DNA of 64,000 nucleotides, taken from positions 88,771 through 152,770 of the forward strand of contig NIVC01002653.1 in the NCBI GenBank assembly GCA_002269645.1. Reading direction: 5' to 3'. Each line of letters opens with the position of its first letter. Within the stretch, counting starts at the first letter, position 1. Shown here one piece after another: positions 1 to 13,357 of the stretch. This DNA comes from Macrostomum lignano. Its lineage: Eukaryota. A program made the position numbers and the translations under genes. Below the pieces are notes generated by a model. The model was given only the letters and a program-made list of their open reading frames with translations, searched no databases and had not been told where the DNA came from.

Positions 1-299
1 AACCAAAATCGGTCTTTTTTTCACTTTTAATGATAGACTTCTAGAATGACATTGCTTGTCAGTTCATGATCCTGGTGGTTTGCGGTGAGTAAATAATTAA
101 TAATTTTGTCGGATGCTGATGTATGATAGAAATTAATCAGCTTAACAAGATGATGGGCGGTAATTTTGAAAAAGTGCTCGCTTCCAAAATCTAGGCTAGA
201 AATTTTGGCTTAGAATATCAATTTTACATGATACTCAAAAATCTCATATTGGGCTAAAAATCAGACAAATAAAATTTCCTATCTAAATAATGAATCTCA

Positions 300-545
300 T
301 TATCGTTCAGGGCAACTGTCAAATGCCATTGACTATGTTGTGGTTGTGTCCTTGAGCAAGACACTTAACTCTGCATTGCTTCAGTTCACCCAGCTGTAAA
401 ATTGGTGCCAGCATTAGCTGGGGTAATTGAGGGTGTGTGGCGACCCCCCAGTCCTTGGACTGAACAGCCGTACGCAGCCTTCAGATAATGCGGCTGAGCT
501 GTCGGTTGCACATCTGGCCCAATTTGGGCAGGTGTAATAAATTAT
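300..545 (+). mobile_element. tRNA-SINE family B (CORE/Meta-domain-like), degenerate head
   Basis: GTGTCCTTGAGCAAGACACTTAAC…CCCAGCTGTAAAA central domain. Confidence 0.75.
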
Positions 546-1794
546 CTATGATTACTATTGAGCTACCGAAATTCGAAATTACTACAATAAAAAAGTGTTT
601 ACGTGTAGATTTAAGTTTTTAATCTACTAATCTGATGAGGCAGCTGCCTCGTGAGGCGACACCGCTCCCACCGCTGCCACCATATCAACCCGGATGCAAG
701 CTGGGGCAAGAGGGGTTTAGGCAATTTTTGCTTCTTTCTTGACGCTGTTGCAGACTTGGCCTTCATATTTTTTCTGCCTACACTTGTTTACGCCATCGCC
801 CTGCTCAGTTTGTTCCGCGATCCATACAAGGTGAGACTGTAGCCAGAGCTTCCTCCTGAGTTCCTGCCGCTGCTATAGGGGTATATAGAAGATTGACTGC
901 TAGCAACTAAAGAGGAAGCTGATGCGAAAAACGATACAGGCTCTCGGTAGGGGGGTGTTTGGAAAGCCGCCTGCCTCAGAGTGAGTTGCGTGACGCTTCA
1001 AGGCGGTGACGAGAACTGACGCGTGAATAAACCTATGCAACTAATACCTGCGCAGATTTATGAATGGCCGATAGAAGCAGAATGCTGGCTGTGATTGAGA
1101 ATGACTAGCAGCACTTTATCTCACCGCGTACTGTCTGTAGGTTCGACGTCCTTGAACTGTGAAATGTCCTAATCCCCTATTGTTGAATGTCGATTCCAGT
1201 ACGATAAACGAAACCAAACCGTGTCATTTAACGTCCATCGCTTACAGCCCCACGCCAACAATCACAGAGACTTACCGTCGGCTTTTAGCCATAATTTCCT
1301 AAGCCGTCCAACTGTCAGGCTTGTTATCTGTGTGCAGCTCCAACCCCTCCCTATCTTTGCCTGGTTCTGTGAAGGCCAAAGGCACTCGTCTGACGCAGGA
1401 GCCTCTTGGCATGAAAATGATGGGAGGGCAGATGGGGGACAGGGGTGACTGCGTGTGTTCTTGCCTCCCAATTCAGCTCTGAATCCAGCGTAGAAGAATT
1501 TCTATATAGAATGGGAAAACATCAGCGATGAGGAGGATGAAAGAGTTGATGCGGGAGACTTTGCCTACAAAAATAGGACGAGAGGGTAGGGAAATGAATT
1601 AATACGCGCTTTTATGACGTCTCATTTTCCTGGATAGGACTCGTGAGAAGGGAAAAGTGGATTCGATAGACTTGTCTGAGTAATTTGCTAAGTGCGAGGA
1701 ACACTGAATACTGATAATAGGGATAGACTGCTGGGGGTGAGGAGTGCTCCAGGTAAATGTGTGGGTGAGACAGACAGGACATCAAAGGAAGAAC

Positions 1795-2034
1795 ATTCAG
1801 ATGCAGGATTGAGTTGATCAGATGGGTCATACAGATGCAGGATTGAGTTGATCAGATGGGTCATACAGATGCAGGATTGAGTTGATCAGATGGGTCATAC
1901 AGATGCAGGATTGAGTTGATCAGATAGGTCATACAGAGGCAGGATTGAGTTGATCAGATGGGTCATACAGAGGCAGGATTGAGTTGATCAGATGGGTCAT
2001 ACAGATGCAGGATTGAGTTGATCAGATAGGTCAT
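1795..2034. repeat. 34-bp minisatellite (CAGATGCAGGATTGAGTTGATCAGATGGGTCATA)
   Basis: ~7 copies; resumes after the SINE. Confidence 0.9.
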
Positions 2035-2403
2035 TTTTTTATTAGAGGCAGGGGGTTGTGTGCACCCTGGCGCACTTTAAGCGACATTGTCACACAACCT
2101 GTGAGAGGCATTACTGCCCATTCCGCCGACTCCCCTGAGCAGGCATACAAGCGCGCGGATACGTATGCAGTCATACGCACAGGCTCACACTCACACAGGT
2201 GTACAGCGGCCCTAACTTTATTTATCGTTAGGCATGTACACTTCACTGCGCCTTGGGGGGTTGGCTCTCAAGGCCGTTAATTGCACGAGCAGAGCCAAGC
2301 CGAGATTCCAATTCAGCCCCAAATTAATGTGACTGCACTTGGAATCGAGCCTGGGTCGCTGGCACACCAGAGCAGCTGCGCTACCGCTGGGCTACGGCTC
2401 CCC
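2035..2403 (-). mobile_element. tRNA-derived SINE family A, full copy with TSD
   Basis: A box TAGCCCAGCGG, B box GGCTCGATTCC, T-rich tail, 13-bp TSD TCAGATAGGTCAT; homologous copies elsewhere in the window. Confidence 0.85.
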
Positions 2404-2762
2404 TCAGATAGGTCATACAGATGCAGGAACGGGCTGACGAGCGGCCCTGTGGGACAGTGCGTGGATAAGTGATACGATAGATTTTAAATTAGGAAAAGTT
2501 GTCATCGCAAAACCTACGAGCCGTAAAAGTGGAAATCTGCTTTCCTCTCAGTCGTTACTACAGTCAGATTTTGGTCTCGTACGCAGAAATTGGTCAATTT
2601 TATTAACCGCTGTGGAAGTTCGAATCGTCTCGTAAACTTAAGTACATGGCGCTGGAGTACTTATACTACTGGATATTTCAAGTACCGGTTTGCACACAGT
2701 CTGTAATACAGATTAACAGGGCTAGGATTTGGATTGTAAAATCTGCTGCTGGAAACTCCCGG

Positions 2763-3092
<330 letters not shown>

Positions 3093-3423
3093 GTTGAAAA
3101 ATCACGACAGCGGCGGAAGTACCACGCTAAAGAATCCAATAGCTCAGGATTTATTCACTGTCAAACACAGAAGGCTTGCATGGGACAAAAAGCTTCGGCT
3201 AAAGAGTAGGGTAGAGACAGTGGGCCGCCCAAGGCCCTAATCTTCGATAACACGCAACACCTGAAATAAGCAGCTAAAAAGTGGTTTAACGTCTTGTCCT
3301 AAGTTGTTGACGGCTTACTAAGCTTAAAGTTCCCCGCATCAAAAGTTCATTCATTTCAACCTGAGGAAAATCATCATCAAATAATTAAGAGGCAACGCCC
3401 ACCAACTAATCTCCGCATTTCAG

Positions 3424-6400
3424 CGATGCGTGAGGCGCAGCAATATGTTTATACCAACAAGCCTCTCCCGCAAGAGCTGCTGCAAGTCCTGATGACTCAG
3501 CAACAGCCTCATCCGCAGCAGCAGCAGCAGCAGCAGGGCCGAGTCCTGTCAGACGCAGCGGCAATGTAAGCTGTCAAAAATAAAGGAAGACGGGAAGGAA
3601 GGAAGCGGGATTTCTGTGCGAGTGACAAGGGAGGGGAGGAGGGTGTGTCGGGGGAGAAAGACATTCTAAAAGTGCTTGACAGGCGAATTGTTCGAAACTT
3701 GTGTCGCGTTCGTGTCAGGAAACGGTCCGGCAAGAGAGTGAAGCCAAGGAGTACGAGAGGGAGAGTCTGGTACGCAGGGTTGAGCACAAGGAAACACGTC
3801 AGAATGGCTGCGTGTTAGAAAGTTCTCAGAACATTTTTAAAACTGTTAGAAGGATTTGATCGTATTATAGCTGACTTATCATCATCATCATCGCCATGAT
3901 CGTCACCATCACCATCACCATCACCATCATCATCACCATCATCATCACCATCACCATCACCATCACCATCACCATCATCATCACCATCATCATCACCATC
4001 ATCATCACCATCATCATCATCACCATCATCAACATCAGCATCATCATCATCATCGCCATCATCAATGTCATCATCATTATCACCATCATCACCATCATCA
4101 ACATCATCAACATCATCAACATCATCACCATCATCACCATCATCACCATCATCACCATCATCACCATCATCATCATCATCACCATCATCACCATCATCAC
4201 CATCATCATCATCACCGCCATCATCATCATCATCATCATTATCACCATCATCACCATCATCATCACCATCATCACCATCATCATCATCATCATCACCATC
4301 ATCACCATCATCATCACCACCGTCATCATCATCATCACCACCGTCATCATCATCATCACCACCATCATCACCGTCATCATCATCATCACCACCGTCATCA
4401 TCATCATCACCACCATCATCACCGTCATCACCATCATCATCATCATCATCACTATCATCATCATCATCATCACCATCATCACCATCATCATCACCACCGT
4501 CATCATCATCATCACCATCATCATCACCATCATCACCACCATCATCACCGTCATCACCATCATCATCATCATCACCATTATTATCACTATCATTACCGTC
4601 ATCGCCATTATCACCATCATTTTCCCAAGATACAGCTTGAGAAGGTTCACGTGTACCTTCAGTTTACATCTGGCTTCACTTTACATGGTCAGAGCTCAAT
4701 TCCCTACCCATAATGCTGTTTTGGGCCGGCCATGGCTGTCGGAGGCGGAATCGCGTCCTCAGGCGAACTGTTTCCGCTGACAGTCACACAGACGATGGGA
4801 CATCATGGACTGGGAGAAATGTGATTAGAAGTTCTCAGCATGACTCTGACTGACAAGCCTTCATCCTTCTTCCTGCACTCAGAATCACCTGAAACTCCCA
4901 TCATCAAACTGCTTCATCAATCATGAAACAGTTGGCGGCCCAGGCGCAGGCCAATATCCCCATGCAAATCGAAAAATCCCTATTCTCCCCCCCTCTCTGT
5001 CTCTCCGGAGGCCCGATTGGGAATATCCCACTATAGCGAGTTTGCTCACACGGCTGTAGCGCTTCTACGAAATCGAACTCATATTGGGAAGAGAGGAAAG
5101 CAATACCAAAGCAGGGGTATGCCGAGTGTTTGTGCCGAATTAACACGCTGCCGCTCCGAACTTAGCCCTCACCCCACCCCCCCCCCCCCAACTGCTTCTT
5201 GGGGGATGCTTCCACACTCGGGAGGATGAGGGAGAGAGCATTGATTATTGCGCTGGCGCAGCCCTATGGTAACCACCCACGCCGCCTCGCCTCCCTGGCC
5301 TAGGAGCTACAGTTTCCCCTCTCTATTTCTATTCATATCTGTCGTATCGATGTTAGGCTGAAGCCAGCGTTCCTCACGGTGAAACTTCTCCGTGTATTTC
5401 CTAGTGAAACGGTATTAAATGTGTTCCTAACTAGCTATAGCTACAGGGTCCTGGGTAGTGTAGATTCCGTGAGCTATCACTTAATACCATTGATGTTCTG
5501 TTGAGGGAATCAATTCAGCAGTGACTGTCTGGCCCTGGGGCTGCTTGCGTGCGGCCGCTTGCACTGTTCGTGTCATTTGAGCTGTACAGGACTCTGTCTG
5601 TGACTCCTCTCTCTCTCCTCTCTACTCTCTCCTCTCCCCTCCCCTCCTCTCTTCTCCCCCCTCTCCCCTCCTCTCCTCTCCCCTCCTCTCCTCTCCTCTC
5701 CTCTCCTCTCCTCTCTCCTCTCTTCTCTCTTCTCCTCTCCTCTCTTCTCTCTTCTCCTCTCCTCTCCTCTCCTCTCTTCTCCTCTCCTCTCCTCTCCCCT
5801 CCTCTCCTCTCCTCTCCTCTCTTCTCCTCTCTTCTCCTCTCCTCTCTTCACCTCTCCTCTCCCCTCCTCTACTCTCCTCTCCTCTCCTCTCTTCTCCTCT
5901 CTTCTCCTCTCCTCTCTTTTCCTCTCCTCTCTTCTCCTCTCTTCTCCCCTCCTCTCCTCTCCCCTCCTCTCCTCTCCTCTCCTCTCTTCTCCTCTCTTCT
6001 CCTCTCCTCTCTTCACCTCTCCTCTCCCCTCCTCTCCTCTCTTCTCCTCTCCTCTCTTCTCCTCTCTTCTCCCCTCCTCTCCTCTCCCCTCCTCTCCCCT
6101 CCTCTCCTCTCCTCTCTTCTCCTCTCTTCTCCTCTCCTCTCTTCACCTCTCCTCTCCCCTCCTCTACTCTCATCTCTTCTCCTCTCTTCTCCTCTCTTCT
6201 CCTCTCCTCTCTTCTCCTCTCCTCTCCCCTCCTCTACTCTCCTCTCCTCTCCTCTACCCCTCCTCTCCTTTCCTCTCCTCTCCTCTCCTCTCCTCTCCTC
6301 TCCTCTCCTCTCCTCTCCTCTCTACTCTCTTCTCTCTTCTCCTCTCCTCTCTTCTCCTCTCCTCTCTTCTCCTCTCCTTTCCCCTCCTCTACTCTCCTCT

Positions 6401-9400
6401 CCTCTCCCCGACCCCTCCTCTCCTCTCCTCTCCTCTCCTCTCCTCTCCTCTCCTCTCCTCTCCCCTTCCCTTCCTTAGTGCCATGCGCTGTCAATCTCCC
6501 TTACTTTGTAATTACTCTTCACATCTCTACAGCTCTACCTGCCTTTCACTGGCGCCCTACGTGAAAAGCCAGTTTACTCTTCACTGTCTGCCTCACGCTT
6601 GGGAGCGCCTCCTCCAAATTGGTGGCCGCGTATAGGAAACTTTAGCTCTCGATCAAGTCGAAAAATTTGCTTAATCAGATCGAGCGGTAACTCTTGAAGT
6701 GATTGGAGTCCAGAGGGAAGAGAGAGCTGGGGAAGAGGGGAAGAGCGAAGGGGAGATCGGCTACAACACTAACCAGACAAGATTGACAGCCTCGTTCGAT
6801 CATCAAACCAGCGGCCAGCAACCAATTCGACTTTTATTCCCGCAGCAGCCGGATGGCCAGCATGGAGGCCCAGCTGGCTCACCTAACCAGCTGGATACAA
6901 CAGAATGTGCAGTACCAGCAGCAGCAGCAGCAGCAGCAGGGCAAGCTGCACGTGGCAACAGCCGCTGTAAGTGGCGGCGGCAGAGCCGGCGGACACGCTC
7001 CCAGCAACAGCAGCCTCGATAGCGCCTTCTCGGCACAGAGCGGTGAATTATCCTACTTATAGTAGTTTTCGATTAATCTTTCACAGGCCTGGGCTAAGGA
7101 GAAGCTGAAGATGCGGTGAATAAAAGTAGCAAAGCAGTGAAAGTGTGCAAAGATCTGCGGGAGCTGTCTGTCTGGCCCAGATGCCGACTCTCCCAGCCTC
7201 AGACTGCACCCCATTAAAAAGCTACACGACCGGTTCGAAGGAACAGCTTCAAGGAGGAAAATTAGGGGAAAAACGATGAAGTTCCTTCTTGGCACTCCTC
7301 AGCTGGCTTTGGGGGCTCCTCCCTCCCCTTCTCTCCTCTGCTCCCAATTCTGCGGGGTCTGGGCCCTGTTAGCGTTAATCAGGGGATCACATCTGCTTTC
7401 GGCTTGTTTGCCCAAAATATCGGCGCGACCTCCCCGCACGCGTCCAGAGGGGATGCTGGACTGCCAGATGAGGCCAGGAAGGGGGATCAGAGAGGGAGAT
7501 GGGGGAGAAGAACGCGTGGGAGAATCTTCCTAGGGATTTGGAATTCTTATGGAACAGCCGACAGCCGCCAACCAACCACCGGCTGTGGAATCGCTTTGCC
7601 ATACCAGTTTCAGCACTTTTTTAAGACACTCGAAAGGCAGTATTTTAAAATACTTTCTTGCAGTAAAATGTTGCAATGGGGGCCCTGTTTCGAAATGGAA
7701 AAAAGGGACAAGAGACACGGAAATAAAATATTTCAAAATCCTAGTTTTTGCGACCACTTTTAGTTTATCCATTCATAGGGATTCTTCTAACGATCCCCAT
7801 TCCAATCCCCATTCCGATCCCCATTCCGATCCCCATTCCGATCCCCATTCCGATCCCCATTCCGATCCGCATTCCGATCCCCAATCCGATCCCCAATCCG
7901 ATCCCCAATCCGATCCCCATCCTAATCCCCAATCCGATCCCCATTCCGATCCCCATTCCGATCCCCATTCCGATCCCCATTTCGATCCCAAATCCGATCC
8001 CCAATCCGATCCCCAATCCGATCCCCATCCTAATCCCCATTCTGATCCCCAATCCGATCCCCATTCCGATCCCCAATCCGATCCCCATTCCGATCCCCAT
8101 TCCGATCCCCATTCCGATCCCCATTTCGATCCCAAATCCGATCCCCAATCCGATCCCCATTCTAATCCCCATTCTGATCCCCATTCCGATCCCAAATCCT
8201 CTGCAGCCGGTTCGGACGCCTCATCAACGAACTCCACCCAGACGGCCGTGGTGCCACCGCGACCGACCCCGGAGCTGGCGGAGCGGCTGCGGCGAACCCG
8301 GCACGACCTGGCGCTGCTCCGGACTGACTTTGAAGAGCTGCGCCAGTCCTGCCGGCACTGCCTGCACTCAGTGGACCAGATGTTCACCGACACACTGGCC
8401 ATTGTTCAGGTATTTGAATGTTTCTAATTCCGAATATACGAGGTGTAAAAGTCACATGTACAGTTATTATAACTGGCTGTAAGGATACATCATATAAGGA
8501 TGTACATACCAGGATGCATTGCACACATCAAGATGTACATACCAGGATGTACATATCAGGATGTACATGTCAGGATGTACATATCAGGATGTACATATCA
8601 GGATGTACATATCAGGATGTAAATACCAGGATGTACATATCAGGATGTACATACCAGGATGTACATATCAGGATGTACATGTCAAGAGGTACATAGCAAG
8701 TACTACAGCACAAGCAATACTAAACCACCCTACAAATATCAATACGTTTAATTTTCATAATCAGAGAGCCAACGCCAGTCGAAAAAATCTGCGCCGAGAT
8801 TCGAGTCCGCGACCGCACAGCCAGGAGCGCCTGAAGGCCTATCGACTCGAGAGTCGAGCAATTGACACTCGGCTATTTGAACTCGAGCAGCTCGTCGAGG
8901 AGCTGCGCTCGGGCACTCATCCAGCAGGCTCTGAGTCGGCTGCTCAGCGATCAGCAACTGCGGCGGCTGCGGCATCAGCGACTCAGCAGCTTCAGGTGGC
9001 CTTGACGGCGGCGCGGCGCAGTCTCGAGACTGACGTGGCGCGGGAGTGTCGGGAAGCGGCGGCTGCCTGCGGAGGCGCTGCGGAGAATTTCGCCATCGAA
9101 TAGTGAGATCGACTTCGAGTTTGGACTTCCCAAGCTACTCCGGTCTACTCCAAGCTACTATGCTCCATCCCAAGCTACTATGCTCTACCCCAAGCTACTC
9201 CAGTCTACTCCAAGCTACTCCAGTCCACCCCAAGTTACTATGCTCTACCCCAAGCTACTATGCTCTACCCCAAGCTACTATGCTCTACCCCAAGCTACTA
9301 TGCTCTACCCCAAGCTACTCCAGTCTACTCCAAGCTACCCCACTCTACCCCCAGCTACTCCAGTCTACTCTAAGCTACTCCACTCTACCCCAAGCTATTC

Positions 9401-11926
9401 CACTCTACCCCAAGCTATCCCACTCTACTTCAAGCTACCTCACTCTACTCCAAGCTACCCCACTCTACTCCAAGCTACCCCACTCTACTCCAAGCTACCC
9501 CACTCTACCCCAAGCTACTCCAGTCTACTCCAAGCTACTCCACTCTACCCCAAGCTATTCCACTCTACCCCAAGCTACCCCACTCTACTTCAAGCTACCT
9601 CACTCTACTCCAAGCTACCCCACTCTACTCCAAGCTACCCCACTCTACCCCAAGCTACTCCAGTCTACTCCAAGCTACTCCAGTCTACCCCAAGCTACTC
9701 CACTCTACCCCAAGCTACCCCACTCTAATTCAAGCTACCTCACTCTACTCCAAGCTACCCCACTCTACTCCAAGCTACCTCACTCTACTCCAAGCTACCC
9801 CACTCTACTCCAAGCTACTCCAGTCTACCTCAAGCTGCTCCAGTCTACTCCACGCTATTATAATGTTATCCGGGAATCTTTAGTGATTGGTAATACTATA
9901 AATGCAGGAGTGTACTTAATAAAATGTAGAACACAATAATTTAAAGAAAATAATATAGCATTGCCTCATTTGCAATCCCTCAGCTTCCTGACCCAGGAGC
10001 CAATCAGAATCGAGCAGGCTATGACCAGATGTCGCCGCCTCTCCGAGCTGCTCTCTGGAAATGCCAGGTTTCTGAATTTTTTTTATCTTTCTTACTCATA
10101 AATTCCCTAATGCTCTACTGTTAGTAGGCTTCTGCTAACCGGCATACAGTTTTTAAAAAAATCTCATTACAGACGCCCGGAGCTGCAGCAGCAAAAAAGT
10201 CTGGGGGACTCGGCACAAAACTCACCAGCAAAAGCCATGCTCAGCTGCCAGCAGAAATTGTCTCAGAAATCTGCTTGGGCATCTGCAGATCCGGTATGGC
10301 TGCCGGATAGATTGGGGTGTCCTGGGATAGATTGGGGTGTCCTGGGATAGATTGGGGTGTCCTGGGATAGATTGGGGTGTCCTGGGATAGATTGGGGTGT
10401 CCTGGGATAGATTGGGGTGTCCTGGGATAGATTGGGTTGTCCTGGGATTGATTAGGGTGTCCTGGGATAGATTGGGGTGTCCTGGGATAGATTGGGGTGT
10501 CCTGGGATAGATTGGGTTGTCCTGGGATAGATTTTGTTGTGTCCTGGGATTGATTAGGGTGTCCTGGGATAGATTGGGGTGTCCTGGGATAGATTGGGGT
10601 GTCCTGGGATAGATTGGGGTGTCCTGGGATAGATTGGGGTGTCCTGGGATAGATTGGGGTGTCCTGGGATAGATTGGGTTGTCCTGGGATAGATTTTGTT
10701 GTGTCCTGGGATTGATTAGGGTGTCCTGGGATAGATTGGGGTGTCCTGGGATAGATTTAGGGTGTCTTGGGATTGATTAGGGTGTCCTGGGATTGATTGG
10801 GGTGTCCTGGGATAGATTGGGGTGTCCTGGGATAGATTGGGGTGTCCTGGGATTGATCAGGGTGTCCTGGGATAGATTGGGGTGTCCTGGGATAGATTGG
10901 GGTGTCCTGGGATTGATCAGGGTGTCCTGGGATAGATTGGGGTGTCCTGGGATAGATTGGGGTGTCCTGGGATTGATCAGGGTGTCCTGGGATTGATCAG
11001 GGTGTCCTGGGATTGATCAGGGTGTCCTGGGATTGATCAGGGTGTCCTGGGATAGATCCGGGTTAAGCAGAGTTGGCAGCGGTTAGTACATAGCTAGATA
11101 GGCGGCCACTTTTCTATCCAAGGCTGCCACAAAAGGGCACAATTCACACCCATGGGGCCAACTTCCAAGGCGCACAGAGTGCACATGCCCGACGATTCGA
11201 AAGTCAGGGCGTATGCAACATCCCAAGATGCCGCTTCTGCATGAAACTGCAATGCAACCCAACCCACTGACTTAGGAGGAATACGACAATGTCGCCCAGT
11301 CCACCGTCGATGGCCACCCACCTCCGCTGGCATCTCCGTCGCCATCTCCGCCGCCGCCTCCGCCGCCTCCGCCGCTTCCGCTGTCGGTGGAGTCCGCAGA
11401 GCCGCTGCCGCGAATCAACGCGGCTCGACAGTCGCAGCCGCCGCCGCCTCGGCCCCGGCCCCAGGTTGCCTTCAGCGACACCGTCAAGGTTGACGACGGC
11501 AGCCAGGTGATCAAGCTCAACTGGGCCGACGCCTCAGAGCCCGCCGCTGCCGCTGCCACTGCTTTGGCCGCCAAATCGCCCACGTCTGGCAGTCCCAGGA
11601 CGCCGCCGCCGCCACCTCCTCGCAAATCATCGACCGGAGGGACCGGGGTGACGTCATCGCCGCTCGGAGGGCCCGGCAGCAGGCAGAGGCCCAGCGACTA
11701 CGAGAACGTAGTGGGGCGCGTCAGGCCCGGCAGCCAGGCGGAGGAGGACGCGGAGCAGGTGTGGCAGCGGCAGTCGACGGTGCACTTCCGCAGCCGCAGC
11801 GACTCCGACCGGCACCGGGCGTCGGGATCGGCAACCGCGGCAGCTGCCACTCTGGCGATGCAACCGCCGATCACGCAGCTGAACGCTTCGGTGGTGCACA
11901 GCTTGAAAGGATCCCGACACCACTGA
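3424..11926 (+). CDS. SRCIN1/KIAA1217(SKT)/Drosophila CG32809-like coiled-coil, proline-rich protein, 3' portion. Exons 3424-3565, 6846-7042, 8207-8409, 8765-9102, 9984-10067, 10173-10293, 11276-11926.
   Basis: Seven AG/GT exons chain in phase. SRMASMEAQLAHLTSW resembles ERMEAMEKQIASLT. QERLKAYRLESRAIDTRLFELEQLVEELR resembles ERQKYL..E.KI..KL.ELE..VEDL. YFLTQEPIRIEQAMTRCR resembles FLKEEP..LD.LLKR.R. C-terminal PPPPPPRKS. Family call is from remembered motifs, not a search. Confidence 0.72.
3877..4620. repeat. (CAT/CAC)n compound microsatellite
   Basis: Seen directly. Confidence 0.97.
5607..6465. repeat. (CTCCT/CTCTT)n polypyrimidine repeat
   Basis: Seen directly. Confidence 0.97.
7793..8195. 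repeat. 12-bp minisatellite (CCCCATTCCGAT)
   Basis: Seen directly; abuts the acceptor at 8206. Confidence 0.95.
8490..8685. repeat. 14-bp minisatellite (GGATGTACATATCA)
   Basis: Seen directly. Confidence 0.93.
9128..9850. repeat. ~21-bp minisatellite (CCAAGCTACYCCACTCTACYC)
   Basis: Seen directly. Confidence 0.93.
10303..11056. repeat. 20-bp minisatellite (GGGATAGATTGGGGTGTCCT)
   Basis: Seen directly. Confidence 0.95.
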
Positions 11927-11948
11927 CTGACTGATCTTGAATGACTGG

Positions 11949-11984
<36 letters not shown>

Positions 11985-12298
11985 CTGATTGACTGATTGA
12001 TTGATTGACTGATTGACTAATTGACTGATTGATTGATTGATTGATTGACTGATTGACTGATTGATTGATTGATTGATTGACTGATTGACTGATTGATTGA
12101 TTGATTGATTGATTGACTGATTGACTGATTGATTGATTGATTGATTGACTGATTGACTGATTGACTGATTGATTGATTGATTGATTGACTGATTGACTGA
12201 TTGATTGATTGATTGATTGATTGGCTGATTGATTGATTGACTGATTGATTGACTGATTGACTGATTGACTGATTGATTGACTGACTGATTGATTTATG

Positions 12299-12332
<34 letters not shown>

Positions 12333-12615
12333 ATGTTGATTGATTGATTGATTGATTGACTGATTGATTGATTGATTTGTTGATTGATTGACTGATTGAT
12401 TGATTGATTGATTGATTGACCTACTGACTGATTTTTGTTTTGATTGATTGATTGATTGATTGATTTGTTGATTGATTGACTGATTGATTGATTGATTGAT
12501 TGATTGACTGACTGACTGATTTTTGTTTTGATTGATTGATTGATTGATTGATTTGTTGATTGATTGACTGATTGATTGATTGGTTGATTGATTGACTGAC
12601 TGACTGATTTTTGTT
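11923..12615. repeat. (GATT/GACT)n microsatellite beginning at the stop codon of the plus-strand gene
   Basis: Seen directly. Confidence 0.97.
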
Positions 12616-13357
12616 TTCACCTAGGAGCATGAACATGCTCCTAGGTGAAAGTTTTTGCACTGTTTTGTCAGTCGATAAAATTATTTATTTGGCATCACCC
12701 ATCTGTGAATCAGTGCTTCACTTGCAGTTTCGCCCGCGCCCCCGCCGTCCCTGATCTCCTTGACCCTCAGCAGAATTTGTACATGCAATTTTAGTCCAAT
12801 ATTTTACCGGACTTGGAGAACTAAAATGAATAAAAAGAACCTCAAGTTTTTGTTTAACTCTGTGCTGCAACCGTGTTTGGTGGCAGTTTAATGTATCACA
12901 ATATTTCAAAGATAAACTCACGCTTACGAGCATGTAAAACAAACAGAATTAAACGCTGCTAGCAAGAAAAACACAAGATTAGAAAGATTAGAAAATTTGT
13001 TTAAAGTTGCAAAAAACAGACAGAGACGGACAGGTCAAGACGGCAGTTCAAATTTCAGTTTATCACACAATCCTAAATGCGGTCGAGTTTCGGTCATTTT
13101 CGCGAGCAGTTTCCAATGAATCACAACAAATAAACAAACAAAAATTAAAATAAGAAAATTTCAATAGAAAAACGCAGCAACTGTACAGAATCATTGATGG
13201 CAAATTGTGAATTGATATTTTTGCTGGCCTACTTTCAGTAGCATAGTATGGGGTAAACCTGGCGCCGATCCGTGGAATGTGGAAAACTTCTCGCAATTTT
13301 TGGAATTCTAGAAACCCTATTTGTGATAAAGCTGCTCGTCTTTGAGCCACACCCTGG

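Noticed and set aside
620-1790. Short ORFs on both strands at the window start
   Set aside because: No consistent frame, splice chain or domain motif could be identified.
3093-3206. Possible extra upstream exon of the plus-strand gene (LKNHDSGG…KLRLK)
   Set aside because: Phase-compatible, but the acceptor comes from the (CTA)n tract end and there is no homology, so it is unsupported.
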